Notes: generated from the sequence alone by a model not told the origin. 64,000 nucleotides of DNA from Rhodothermales bacterium (GCA_965261255.1 CBDHCQ010000004.1:3507710-3571709), one strand, 5' to 3'. Counted from the stretch's first letter, positions 28,142-38,639 are shown. Numbers and translations are program-made.

Positions 28142-29317
28142 GTGAAAATCACCATTTTGACTAATGAGTACCCGCCGAATATTTACGGCGGTGCAGGTGT
28201 CCATGTTAAGTATCTCGTCCGTGAACTGGCACGTTACAATCCGGTGCAGGTCTATGCATTTGGAGAACAGGAGCAGGTTACGGATTCCCTGAGGGTGCAG
28301 GGTGTGTCGGATGCCGGGGCGCCCGAGGGTACGGATCCTCGCTTTAACAAGTTTTTTGGTACGCTGCAGCGAAATCTGGCGATGGCTGCGGCAGCGGAAA
28401 CCACAGATATTGTTCACTGTCACACATGGTACACTCACTGGGCCGGCTGTCTGACCAAACAGCTCACGGGTGCCAAGCTATTGTTGACCACACACAGTCT
28501 GGAGCCGCACAGGCCTTGGAAGGTGGAGCAACTGGGGCGTGCATACCACGGAAGTTCTTGGATTGAAAAAACGGCTTATCAGGCTGCAGATGCTGTGATT
28601 GCAGTGTCTCCCCTGATGAAAGAGGATGTAGTCTCTCTTTATGGCATTAATCCAGATATAGTCCATGTGATTCCCAACGGAATTGACTTGGACGAGTACC
28701 AACCGACATTCGATGGTGCTGTGCTGCGCAGGTATGGCGTGGACCCCGACCGACCATTCGCCCTATTTGTTGGGAGAATTACCCGGCAAAAGGGAATAAT
28801 TCACCTGTTACATGCTATCGCCCACTTGTGCCCGGGCACGCAGGTGGTTCTGGCGGCCGGCGCGCCGGATACGCCGGAGATTGAAGCGGAAATGATCCAG
28901 AATGTCACTGAACTGAAGAACACAGGGCGCCACAGTGTGGTCTGGATCCGTGAAATGATGCCGCCTCCTGAGTTGGTAGTGTTGTATTCCCATGCCCAAG
29001 TGTTTGTATGTCCTTCGGTGTACGAGCCATTTGGGATCATCAATCTTGAAGCGATGGCTTGTGAGACAGCCGTTGTGGCTTCGGATGTGGGAGGTATTCC
29101 AATGGTGGTGATAGAAGGAGAGACTGGTCATTTGGTGGAGCTTGAGGGCGAAGGCTTTGCACGGAGGTTGGCGGCCAAAATTGATTTATTGATGCAGGAC
29201 GCTGACCAAAGTCGCATAATGGGACGTCGGGGGCGCGAACGTGTAGAGGCGAATTTCAGTTGGAGAGCTGTTGCAAAGCAAACGACAGCGCTCTACGAGT
29301 CACTCCAATCAACTTAG
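28142..29317 (+). CDS. glgA: GT4 glycogen synthase / maltose-1-phosphate synthase (actinobacterial GlgA/GlgM type)
   Basis: LTNEYPPNIYGGAGVHV; HCHTWY; HSLEPHRPWKVEQLG; GRITRQKG; YEPFGIINLEAMAC. Confidence 0.88.
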   Translation: MKITILTNEYPPNIYGGAGVHVKYLVRELARYNPVQVYAFGEQEQVTDSLRVQGVSDAGAPEGTDPRFNKFFGTLQRNLAMAAAAETTDIVHCHTWYTHWAGCLTKQLTGAKLLLTTHSLEPHRPWKVEQLGRAYHGSSWIEKTAYQAADAVIAVSPLMKEDVVSLYGINPDIVHVIPNGIDLDEYQPTFDGAVLRRYGVDPDRPFALFVGRITRQKGIIHLLHAIAHLCPGTQVVLAAGAPDTPEIEAEMIQNVTELKNTGRHSVVWIREMMPPPELVVLYSHAQVFVCPSVYEPFGIINLEAMACETAVVASDVGGIPMVVIEGETGHLVELEGEGFARRLAAKIDLLMQDADQSRIMGRRGRERVEANFSWRAVAKQTTALYESLQST

Positions 29318-29628
29318 ATCCTCAAGTGACTGCGAACCGTTACGCAGCCTACACTCTCCTTAAGTCTGGCCGCGGGATTATATGCGGCAGAAAATATTGA
29401 TCAATACCACGCAACGCCAAGGTGTTTTTACCGTTCCGCCATGATACATGTATAGCTGTTCGCAGCTGAAGAGGGCCTGCCCCGTTGATTTCCGTGAATT
29501 AAACGATAACGCCGGTTGCAGGGGGAAGAACGTTTAAATCTCTTTGGCGGCTAACCGGGCCCGGCGCCTGCGCTCCAACTGAAGGAAGATCATTCCGAGG
29601 CTTGTTGTTTCCATATCTGGAAAAGGGC

Positions 29629-29829
29629 ATGAACGATAAGCTCGGCGAGGTGCTCAAGGGAGTTCTCAGTCTGCAGAAGGAGTTGAAGGAAGAGCTTGAA
29701 AGATTCCGCGCTGAGGCGCGCAGAGGCTTTGACGGCGAGAGCGAGGGGTTTAAAACCACTGGTAGGATGAGTGACTCTCTTTCGGCCCGCTGGGAGAACA
29801 ATGAAGGCTTTCCTGCAGAGGAAAAATGA
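29629..29829 (+). CDS. Short coiled-coil hypothetical protein or gene remnant
   Basis: MNDKLGEVLKGVLSLQKELKEELERFRAE; AAGGG upstream; no recognisable family. Confidence 0.3.
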   Translation: MNDKLGEVLKGVLSLQKELKEELERFRAEARRGFDGESEGFKTTGRMSDSLSARWENNEGFPAEEK

Positions 29830-30066
29830 GGTACGCGTAATTAGAAACCCCTACGAAAACCTTCATTCCTTGACGGCATCTCTCAGCTCAATGATACAGG
29901 GGAAGGCGTTTGAACTTAATACGAGATACACCTGTACCATGCGGGATCATCCAGATTCATGTAATGAGCAAAATTTAGGTAAATCCGGAGTATTGCCAAT
30001 GGGAGCAATAGTTCTTTACTTTCTGGAACAGCTTTGTAATAGCCATCCTTAATTGCTTAGGGGGAA

Positions 30067-30606
30067 TTGAACATGTGCGAAATTGCGGAAACCACCAAAC
30101 GACCTGGAACTGCCTTGGTTCTTGCACTATGCGTCCTTATGATTGCCCAGGCCTGCAGCTCCGGCGCGCCCGACCAAGAAGAGCTCAAGTCCGATGTTAA
30201 CGTGTCCCTTGATGGCTTTGTGGCGGAATTGGTAGCGAGGCGACCGGCCGACCCAGACGCCTACGCGGAACGGTTGCAGGCTTATCTGGAAGCCCACCCC
30301 GCGTTCTACGGCAGCGCCGCCGCGTTGCTGGACGAGTCGGGCAACATTACCGCAGTCCCTTACGTTTGCCGCACTTCTGAAGGATATGATACCCGGGACC
30401 TTTCCTTGCCCCAGTACAACTACGACCTAGCGTCGCAAGAGTGGATTGCCCTGCCGCTGGCTGCCAATGCGAGCGTTTGGACATCCCCGTACTTTGACGC
30501 CGGCGGGGGAGAAATCTGGATGATTACGCGCTCGGTGCTGGCACGGGACGCTGACGGCATATTTGCTATTGTTACCACCGACCTGCCTGTGACCGCCCCG
30601 GAGTAG
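30067..30606 (+). CDS. Stand-alone Cache/PDC sensor-domain lipoprotein
   Basis: Lipobox-like IAQAC; EW...P......VWTSPYFDAGGGEIWMIT.S...IVTTD matches the dCache membrane-distal motif; no output domain. Confidence 0.7.
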   Translation: MNMCEIAETTKRPGTALVLALCVLMIAQACSSGAPDQEELKSDVNVSLDGFVAELVARRPADPDAYAERLQAYLEAHPAFYGSAAALLDESGNITAVPYVCRTSEGYDTRDLSLPQYNYDLASQEWIALPLAANASVWTSPYFDAGGGEIWMITRSVLARDADGIFAIVTTDLPVTAPE

Positions 30607-31221
30607 CGGTTCTTTTCTGTTCCGCTTCACTTGTTGAGAATATCGGCTTCCGCAAGAGTCTGAAGAGATTGCCAAGGAATAGGCGGAGAATCTTGGCTGG
30701 CACTGTAAGTTATTCCCTTACGAGCTATAATTTTTCATGAGGTCCCAGAAACATACCGATACCGGCTAGACTAGCCATGCCGCAGGACGCTAGCATTGCT
30801 GCGTTGACACGGCGGTGCTCGAGGCCGGTAATTATCTTTCGAATCTGTTGCTCCTCCTTGACTATTCCCGCAGGAGTTTTACTTCAAACACGCGATGTGC
30901 TTGTTTCTTAGCCAGTCGGTCGCGCTGTCCGGTCCACGCGTGAGCCAGTACGGCTAACTCGTTGTGTGCGGGTATGTCGTCTGAGTGGTAGTCTTATATA
31001 TGTGCCCAAGAACGGACAATAGCTCATCAAACCATTGTCGGCTTCATAATACCCATGCGGTCTGCTGAGCGAATGACTGCGTTTGACCCGTAGCACCAGA
31101 TAAGCTGGTTAGCCTTCGGTGTGATTGCCAAGCTTACATCGGTTCCGCATCTGGAACGATGCTCAATAGCATTTTCTTCTGAATCCGCCAGGCAAGTACC
31201 ACAGCATTCAAGCTACGCCGG

Positions 31222-32547
31222 TCATTCGTTGTCTTTGGATAGCGACAAAGCAGCCAAATTCGCAAAATTACGGGTCAGGTACATGGTCAAGGCCAGGAGT
31301 AAGAACAAGCCAATACTGCCCGCCAGGAGTGCATAATCCTGCAACTGGAGGAGCAGGAATATGAAGGTGTACAGGATCACAAGAATTCCAGCCGTAAGCA
31401 TGCCAATATTGCTCGAGCGGTAAATCGTTCCCGCATAAAGTGCAGCAAGTCCTATCGTAGCGACCCCAGATAGAATGTAAGCACTGTTGAAGGGCAGGTG
31501 TTCGCCGAGCGAGAGGAGCATCAGGAAGAACAGACAAAGATCAAGCCCCATCAAGATGTATTGGAACGGATGCGCACGCAGCCCCATTCGCAGTTCAATC
31601 AGAAAGAATGCCAGCAGGGTCAGCCCCACCAACAGGAATCCGTAACGAGTGGATCGTTGTGTCTTGCGGTATTGATCAACCGGGGGATACAGCGAGAGCC
31701 CGAAAGCCGAGTCTAACAAGTGCACTTCTTCGTCACGCCATGACTGCCCGAAGGGGCGGTTCAGATCCAAAACCTGCCAACTGGCGGAAAATCCATCGTC
31801 GGTAACTGTTCGTTCGTCCGGGAGGAAAGCACCGCTGAAGCTGGGAGCATCCCATGAAGAAGTAAGCTCAACCTGTGTTGTCTTTCCCACAGGGACAAAT
31901 AGAAGCTCATCATTGCCGTCAAGCCTAAGGTTAAAGCTGAACTCGCTTGGCGAATCTGCTGCAACTCGGGAGCTGATTCCGGCAGGTACGAGTCGACCTG
32001 CCTCCTGCATGCCGGAACTGAAGGCAATGGTGGTGTCGGACCAGTTCAGGAGGACTTCGTCCTTGATTCCCCGCATATCCGTGATGCCAAAAGCTATGAA
32101 GGCCTCCTGCCACCTAATAGCATCCTCTTCAACAGACCAAGTACTGAAATCAGCACCGGGAAAGGTCCCGCTGACAGTTAGATCTGCGGTGTACAGGATC
32201 GTTTGGTAGATGCCCCTGTAGCGGATTTCAGGTTCGATCGTCCCGGTTATGTTCAGCGTTTCGGGTAGGAAGAATGCGTGTCTCAGCATTGTAAGGCGCT
32301 CGGGGTTATCGCCACTCACATACTCGGAGCTCAAAAAGGGGACGACGACTACGGGCCCGAGGAGTGTTTGCTGTCCACTCCATTCATTTCCAATGTCGTG
32401 TATAGTATCGTCATGCCTGATGCTGCGGTCGTTGACCAGATCACTAACTATCGCGAGGGGGATCATAAGGACCAGTGTCAGCATGGCCATAGTGGCCAGC
32501 CGCAATCCTACAGATTGACCTAGGCGTTCAAGAAATTCGTTTGCCAT
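31222..32547 (-). CDS. creD: Inner-membrane protein CreD
   Basis: IPL..V..LV.DR; W.G.Q..LGP; RYRGIY; PSFSGAFLP; HPFQY.LMG; LLSLGEH; LQDYALLAGS; MYLTR. Confidence 0.9.
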   Translation of the reverse strand: MANEFLERLGQSVGLRLATMAMLTLVLMIPLAIVSDLVNDRSIRHDDTIHDIGNEWSGQQTLLGPVVVVPFLSSEYVSGDNPERLTMLRHAFFLPETLNITGTIEPEIRYRGIYQTILYTADLTVSGTFPGADFSTWSVEEDAIRWQEAFIAFGITDMRGIKDEVLLNWSDTTIAFSSGMQEAGRLVPAGISSRVAADSPSEFSFNLRLDGNDELLFVPVGKTTQVELTSSWDAPSFSGAFLPDERTVTDDGFSASWQVLDLNRPFGQSWRDEEVHLLDSAFGLSLYPPVDQYRKTQRSTRYGFLLVGLTLLAFFLIELRMGLRAHPFQYILMGLDLCLFFLMLLSLGEHLPFNSAYILSGVATIGLAALYAGTIYRSSNIGMLTAGILVILYTFIFLLLQLQDYALLAGSIGLFLLLALTMYLTRNFANLAALSLSKDNE

Positions 32548-32550
32548 GAG

Positions 32551-35400
32551 TTATGTCTGGTATTCTTCTAATGGGGGGCACGAGCAGACCAGGTTTCTAT
32601 CACCATAAGCTTCATCTATCCTGCGAACGGTGGGCCAAAACTTATGGTGGCGCGTCCAGGGTACAGGGAAAGCTGCCTGTGCTCTGGTGTAAGGAAGATC
32701 ATAGTTATCCGCGCAGACTAATGCCATGGTATGCGGAGCCTGTTTGAGAATGTTGCGTTTTTTGTCTTGTCGGCCTTCTTCAATTTCCTTAATCTCACCC
32801 CGAATTGCAATCATTGCTTCACAGAAGCGGTCAAGTTCAGCCTTGGATTCGCTTTCGGTAGGCTCAATCATCATAGTGCCGCTTACGGGCCATGACATGG
32901 TTGGTGCATGGTAGCCGTAATCCATAAGACGTTTGGCGATATCAACCGCTTCGATACCTGTTGTGCGCTTGAGTGGCCGTACATCCAGGATGAACTCGTG
33001 TGCGACATGGCCTTGTCTGCCGCGGAACAGGAGTTCATAGTATTCGGACAGGCGGTGAGCAAGGTAGTTGGCGTTAAGGATTGCAATTTCTGAGCAGCGC
33101 CTGAGTCCGTTAGGGCCGAGCAGTGCGATGTAAGCCCAACTGATGAGCAGGATACTTGCGCTACCATACGGTGCAGATGCAACCGGATCTATCGCCTGTG
33201 CTCCGCCTGTTTGGGCGAGTGGATGCCCGGGCAGGAAGGGGGCAAGGTGCTCTGCAACACAGATTGGTCCGACACCCGGGCCACCACCACCGTGTGGAAT
33301 CGCAAAGGTCTTGTGCAGGTTTAGGTGACACACGTCGGCACCAAAATGTCCAGGCTTACAAAGTCCCACCTGTGCATTCATATTAGCCCCGTCCAGATAC
33401 ACTTGGCCGCCGTGTTTGTGGACCAGATCACAAATGTCACGTATTTGCTCCTCAAACACCCCGTATGTGGTCGGGTATGTGATCATAAGCGCAGCCAGGT
33501 TATTGCTATTTCGTGCAGTTTTGCTTTCCAGGTCGTTAAGGTCAATATCTCCGTTGCCCAGGGTTTTGACGACCACCACTTTCATCCCAGCCATGACGGC
33601 GCTGGCAGGATTGGTGCCGTGTGCCGAATCAGGCACAAGGCACACGTTGCGGTGAGACTCTCCCTTGCTGGCGAGATAGGCTCGAATAACCAGCAGCCCG
33701 GCATATTCACCACTGGCCCCGGCATTGGGTTGCAGCGACACGGCAGAAAAACCTGTTAACTCGCCCAGCCATTTTTCAAGGTCACGGAAGATTTCGTGGT
33801 AACCGATTGCCTGATCAACGGGTGCAAACGGATGCAGCCCACTGTAATTGGCCCAACTCACCGGTGCCAATTGCACTGCCGCATTCAACTTCATAGTACA
33901 GGAGCCAAGTGGGATCATACTGGTTGTGAGCGATAGATCACGAGAGGCGAGGCGGTGCAAGTAGCGCATCAACTCTGTTTCAGAGCGATACTGGTTGAAT
34001 CTTGGATGTGTCAGATAAGGCGTATCCCGGTGCAGTATTCCGTCATAAGATGCGGGAATCTGTGCAACCAGTTCTGCTGCACTGGACGTATTTGCACCAA
34101 AGAGGTTGAGAAGGTCATCCACATCCTTGCCAGTTGTGGTTTCGTTTAGCGAGATGCAAACTGCTCCATCAGCCAGATATCGGAGATTGATTTCCCGCGA
34201 CTCTGCCCGCGTGCGGAGGTCGGCTGGTGGATTCTCTATGCAAATTGTGTCAAAATACTCCTGGTGCCGAACCTGGTAGTTGTCCTTAAGCAGTCCATTC
34301 GCTAATGCACGCGTCCACATATGGACGCACAAGGCGATGTTTCGAAGGCCATTGGGGCCATGAAAGACCGCATAGGCTCCGGCCATTACGGCGAGTAGAA
34401 CCTGCGCCGTGCATATGTTGCTGGTTGCACGTGCGCGCTTGATATGCTGTTCACGCATTTGCAAAGCCATGCGCAGTGCACGTTTCCCATCCATATCCAC
34501 GGTAACTCCAATCATTCGTCCCGGTACTTGGCGTCGAAAGGCGTTCCTGGTTGAAAAGAACGCTGCGTGCGGTCCCCCGTATCCAAGAGGAACCCCGAAC
34601 CGCTGGGAGTTACCGATCACTGCATCCGCGCCGAATTGTCCGGGTGCCCGAAGCAGCGCCAGGCTGAGCAGATCAGCAGCTACCGCTACATATGCGCCTG
34701 TCCCGTGCGCCTGATTGCAAAGTTCTTCATAGTCATGAATGACACCGTCAGAACCGGGGTATTGCACCAGTGCACCGAACACATCGGGAGTGAACTCAAA
34801 CGACTTATGATCACTAACGACCACCTTAATCCCCAATGGAGCTGCACGGCCCTGCACTACACTGATGGTTTGGGGATGACAGTCGGTGGACACCAAAAAC
34901 TTTTTGCGATTGCGTGCAAGACGGAAGAACATCATCATAGCCTCCGCCGCTGCGGTACCTTCGTCCAGGAGGGAAGCATTGGCAATCTTCATCCCGGTGA
35001 GGTCAATGATTGCAGTCTGGAAGTTCAGAAGCGCTTCCAGGCGACCCTGAGAAATTTCAGCCTGGTATGGCGTGTACTGTGTGTACCACGATGGATTTTC
35101 CAACACTGCTCGCAGGATTGCTCTTGGCGTGATTGTGTCGTGGTATCCCATGCCGATATACGACCGAAAAATTTTGTTGCGACGTCCAATGGTTCTGAGA
35201 TCGGAAAGGACTACATGCTCCGGGCGTGCCTCAGGTACATCAAGTGGACGGTCATCAAAGATTGATGCGGGTATGGTATTGCTGATCAATTCGTCAAGTG
35301 AATGTAGACCTAGCATCTCTACCATGTTCTGCACATCGTCCTTCGACGGACCTATGTGACGAGCAGCAAAGCGATCTGCGTGTGGTAGGTACGTGCTCAT
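32551..35400 (-). CDS. gcvP: Glycine dehydrogenase (decarboxylating), P protein
   Basis: F..RHIGP; YTPYQAEISQGRLE; MIPLGSCTMKLN; HLNLHKTF.IPHGGGGPG; GDRNLVCSCPP. Confidence 0.97.
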   Translation of the reverse strand: MSTYLPHADRFAARHIGPSKDDVQNMVEMLGLHSLDELISNTIPASIFDDRPLDVPEARPEHVVLSDLRTIGRRNKIFRSYIGMGYHDTITPRAILRAVLENPSWYTQYTPYQAEISQGRLEALLNFQTAIIDLTGMKIANASLLDEGTAAAEAMMMFFRLARNRKKFLVSTDCHPQTISVVQGRAAPLGIKVVVSDHKSFEFTPDVFGALVQYPGSDGVIHDYEELCNQAHGTGAYVAVAADLLSLALLRAPGQFGADAVIGNSQRFGVPLGYGGPHAAFFSTRNAFRRQVPGRMIGVTVDMDGKRALRMALQMREQHIKRARATSNICTAQVLLAVMAGAYAVFHGPNGLRNIALCVHMWTRALANGLLKDNYQVRHQEYFDTICIENPPADLRTRAESREINLRYLADGAVCISLNETTTGKDVDDLLNLFGANTSSAAELVAQIPASYDGILHRDTPYLTHPRFNQYRSETELMRYLHRLASRDLSLTTSMIPLGSCTMKLNAAVQLAPVSWANYSGLHPFAPVDQAIGYHEIFRDLEKWLGELTGFSAVSLQPNAGASGEYAGLLVIRAYLASKGESHRNVCLVPDSAHGTNPASAVMAGMKVVVVKTLGNGDIDLNDLESKTARNSNNLAALMITYPTTYGVFEEQIRDICDLVHKHGGQVYLDGANMNAQVGLCKPGHFGADVCHLNLHKTFAIPHGGGGPGVGPICVAEHLAPFLPGHPLAQTGGAQAIDPVASAPYGSASILLISWAYIALLGPNGLRRCSEIAILNANYLAHRLSEYYELLFRGRQGHVAHEFILDVRPLKRTTGIEAVDIAKRLMDYGYHAPTMSWPVSGTMMIEPTESESKAELDRFCEAMIAIRGEIKEIEEGRQDKKRNILKQAPHTMALVCADNYDLPYTRAQAAFPVPWTRHHKFWPTVRRIDEAYGDRNLVCSCPPLEEYQT

Positions 35401-35463
35401 GGTACAGTATTATGTGGTTTTGGGGCAAAAACCGGCGGGTCGCACTCAGGCTTCAATATTTCC

Positions 35464-36210
35464 TTAATTCCCACTAGAAAGGGATTGCAGCGCCTGATGG
35501 GCAGCGCCTTGTTCTGCGTTCTTTTTTGTCCTTGCCAGACCTCGTCCTTGGCGACGCCCTTTGACGTAAACATCAACGGTAAAGATACAATTGTTGGGAG
35601 GGCCATCCTTTCCTGCAACCACATAGACGGGCGGGTCCCATTTCTTGGCCTGGGCGAGTTCTTGGAGAAGGCTTTTATAGTTATCGTCTCTGTTTGCCAG
35701 TTTAGGCAGATCAATTCCGCCCAATACATGTGTATGAATGAATCTCCGCGAAGCGCTTATACCACTGTCCAAGTGGATAGCCCCAATTATAGATTCCAGG
35801 CAGTTAGCCAGAACAGAGTCAATTTTGCGATTATTTTGCAGGTCCAGGTGCGGACCAAATTCGAGGAAATCAATCAGCCGAAGTTTGCGGGCAATTTTTG
35901 TGCAGGTTTCACGACGTATTATTCTGGATCGCAGAGTGGTCAGAAACCCCTCCATCTGGTCCGGGAATTCTTCGTACAGATATTCGGTAACGACTGCACC
36001 CAGGATGGCGTCTCCCAGGAATTCAAGACGTTCATAGGAGCCCAGTAATCCAGCGGATTGCTCATTCTCGGCAGAGGGATGGCGCAAGGCTTTCTCAAAC
36101 AGTGTGAAGTTGTAAATGCGGACACCGAGAGTTGCTTCAAGTGCAATCCAGCGTGCGTTTCTCCGGCGATACAGCGTTCGGTGAAACGTTCGGGTCAGGT
36201 TCCTGATCAT
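35464..36210 (-). CDS. rnc: Ribonuclease III
   Basis: ERLEFLGDAILG signature; ESIIGAI; dsRBD NYKSLLQE...KKNAEQ.AA. Confidence 0.95.
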   Translation of the reverse strand: MIRNLTRTFHRTLYRRRNARWIALEATLGVRIYNFTLFEKALRHPSAENEQSAGLLGSYERLEFLGDAILGAVVTEYLYEEFPDQMEGFLTTLRSRIIRRETCTKIARKLRLIDFLEFGPHLDLQNNRKIDSVLANCLESIIGAIHLDSGISASRRFIHTHVLGGIDLPKLANRDDNYKSLLQELAQAKKWDPPVYVVAGKDGPPNNCIFTVDVYVKGRRQGRGLARTKKNAEQGAAHQALQSLSSGN

Positions 36211-36279
36211 GCAACCATATAATCTGAATTGAGTATCCTGATGGGGAGAAGTGCCTGATAAATTTTATTGGTTCGCATC

Positions 36280-36561
36280 ATGATCTGGGTGATAGTTCCT
36301 ATTGTTGCTATAGTAACGCCCTTCGCTTACAAGGCATTTTCCCAATGGGTAGAGCTTCAGAGGGAAAATTCTGAGTCCCCCCGTACAGAGGACCATATTG
36401 CGCGCCTGATTGAAGCAGAAGATGCGCTAGCGGCCGCGCAGCGGCGGATTGAGAATCTGGAAACGATCGTAGTCAATCGGCTATTGGAAGCCCCATCCTC
36501 AAAGGACGGCGTGGTGGAAGCGGATCCGTCTGAACTCATAGCACAAAGCACCTCAGATTAG
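36280..36561 (+). CDS. Small membrane-anchored coiled-coil protein (PspB-like)
   Basis: N-terminal TM helix; coiled coil ending RRIENLETIV. Confidence 0.6.
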   Translation: MIWVIVPIVAIVTPFAYKAFSQWVELQRENSESPRTEDHIARLIEAEDALAAAQRRIENLETIVVNRLLEAPSSKDGVVEADPSELIAQSTSD

Positions 36562-36566
36562 ATACA

Positions 36567-36836
36567 ATGGGGATTTCCTTTTTTGGCATTCTGGTCGTAT
36601 TTGCAATCGGTGGGATCCTTGTAGTGATTCTGTCGGTGAGGCTATGGACATTTCTGGGCCGCAAAAACAGTCGCAGCGATGTATCTGCGTTGCAGGAGTT
36701 TTATGCACGCCTTGAAGCGACAGAGTCGGAACAGGATGCCATCAAGCGCAGGGTCGAAAACCTTGAGGCCATTGCGACAACGAATGGTAGAAGTATTGGA
36801 CCTCGTTGGGGCAGGGAAGAATCGGTTCGCTCATAG
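36567..36836 (+). CDS. Small membrane-anchored coiled-coil protein (PspB-like paralogue)
   Basis: N-terminal TM helix; KRRVENLEAIA. Confidence 0.6.
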   Translation: MGISFFGILVVFAIGGILVVILSVRLWTFLGRKNSRSDVSALQEFYARLEATESEQDAIKRRVENLEAIATTNGRSIGPRWGREESVRS

Positions 36837-36875
36837 TCGGTTTGGGCTTCTTGATCTGGATTGACTGCGGTCATT

Positions 36876-37766
36876 TCAGGCTCCGCCGCGTAGAGCAGCA
36901 TGCACCGTACGTGTGATGGAGGCTCCCAGAGCAGCAGAGTCCTTCTCATCGTCCAACCCCTCAATCAAGATGATCAGTACATATGCATGGGTGTCGTGCG
37001 GGTATATGATTGCGGCATCGTGGTGAATCCGGGTGATTTGTCCGGTTTTGTGAGCAACGCGCGTGTCTTCTGACAGCCCGGCAGGGATCATTTCATTGAA
37101 CTCCTGCTCCAGGAGTATGTCAACCATGCTGCTATCCGCCGTCTCACTTACCGCTCGTCCCTGGCTGATGGCTTCCATGAGGGTTGCGAGGGCGCGGGCT
37201 GTGGTTGAATTGCTGAGACCCAGATCGAATGCTTTAAGGTCCTCGACGCCCCGAAGCACCCGCATACCGGGAGCATTGAGAGTGTCGACCGTTGCCTGAA
37301 TAGACTCAGCTCCCAGGAAGTCAATCAGGAGGTTAGTGGCTAGATTGGAGGACACGGTGATCATTTGATAGACCAGTTCCGATATCGTCATGTAATCCCC
37401 CAGCCGTTCGTAAATGGCATCGTCGGTATCCTCTTCAATACTGTAGTGGGATCCATCTACGATTGAGCGAAAGGAGTTTTGAATCTCGAGAGTTGAATCC
37501 AAGTCCAGGTGACCTGCCTCGAATCTTTTCCAGACCTCAATCATAACGGGCACCTTCATGGTGCTGGCAGCATGAAAGGCACGGTCGCTAAGGATATCCA
37601 GCATCGTCTGCGTGCTGGCGTCCCGAACAGCTACGGCAACGGTGGCATCGGGGTATTCGCGGATAATTGATTGCACCTCATCTTCGAAGGTGGTCGAGGG
37701 GTTGCATGCGATCGCAGACCCGCAGATCAGGGCCAGCACCATGAGTTTGGAGTGTGTTTGAGACAC
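36876..37766 (-). CDS. Class A beta-lactamase-related serine hydrolase, lipoprotein
   Basis: Lipobox AIAC; ASTMK (SxxK), SSN (SxN), HKTG. Confidence 0.85.
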   Translation of the reverse strand: MSQTHSKLMVLALICGSAIACNPSTTFEDEVQSIIREYPDATVAVAVRDASTQTMLDILSDRAFHAASTMKVPVMIEVWKRFEAGHLDLDSTLEIQNSFRSIVDGSHYSIEEDTDDAIYERLGDYMTISELVYQMITVSSNLATNLLIDFLGAESIQATVDTLNAPGMRVLRGVEDLKAFDLGLSNSTTARALATLMEAISQGRAVSETADSSMVDILLEQEFNEMIPAGLSEDTRVAHKTGQITRIHHDAAIIYPHDTHAYVLIILIEGLDDEKDSAALGASITRTVHAALRGGA

Positions 37767-37773
37767 GAGCTTG

Positions 37774-38622
37774 TCAAATTCTACAGGTTCGAATATCGGT
37801 AACTAGAATGCCTTTTGCACCCAGATCCTCGAGATCGTCCATAATCCGATTGGTGTCCTTACGGTGCGCCATTGCTTTGATTGCGACCCAGCCCGGTTTA
37901 CTTAGTGGAGCGATGGTCGGGGATTCAATACCGGGAGTCACTTCACAGGCCTTCTCAAGTGATGTGCGTGGACAGTCATACTCAATCATAACATAGGTTC
38001 TGGCGAGAAGTATCCCTTGGAGCCGTCTCACGAAAAGATTTGCAGCGGTCTCGGTTTCAATAATTCCAGCGCGTCCAACCAGAAGTGCTTCAGTTTCTAG
38101 GATTGGTTCGCCAATTACTGACAGTTGTGCTTCCTCCAGTGTGCGTCCTGTCTGAACAAGATCAGCGACGACATCTGCCACTCCCAGCTGAATCGATACT
38201 TCGACCGCTCCGTCAAGAGGTACGATTTCCGCTCGAACATTTTTCGCTGCCAGGTCAACTGAAACCAGATGCTTGAACGAAGTAGCTATGCGTAGCCCCT
38301 CGAAATCTTCGATGCTAAGGTTTTGATGGTGTGGGCCTGCATAGCACAGCCGTGCCGCTCCAAAACCCAGCGAAAGAATTTCTTCTAGATTGGCCTGCTG
38401 CTCAATCATAAAATCTCGACCCGTGATCCCTAAATCCAGGACACCGTTGCTAACGTAGGTTACAATGTCACGTGGTCGCAGGAAGTAGAACAGGGTTTCA
38501 TTTTCAGCATCCTTAACGCGCAATTCGCGCCCCGATCGTTTACATCGGTAGCCGGCGGTCTTAATGAGCTCTACGGAGTCCTTGGCGAGTGCGCCTTTAT
38601 TGGGCAGGGCAATTTGTAGCAT
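37774..38622 (-). CDS. hisG: ATP phosphoribosyltransferase (long form)
   Basis: ALPNKG; LRPRDI; GITGRD; GAVE..; DLVQTGRTL; C-terminal TPGIESPTI regulatory domain. Confidence 0.95.
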   Translation of the reverse strand: MLQIALPNKGALAKDSVELIKTAGYRCKRSGRELRVKDAENETLFYFLRPRDIVTYVSNGVLDLGITGRDFMIEQQANLEEILSLGFGAARLCYAGPHHQNLSIEDFEGLRIATSFKHLVSVDLAAKNVRAEIVPLDGAVEVSIQLGVADVVADLVQTGRTLEEAQLSVIGEPILETEALLVGRAGIIETETAANLFVRRLQGILLARTYVMIEYDCPRTSLEKACEVTPGIESPTIAPLSKPGWVAIKAMAHRKDTNRIMDDLEDLGAKGILVTDIRTCRI

Positions 38623-38639
38623 TGGGACAATGTTTGATC

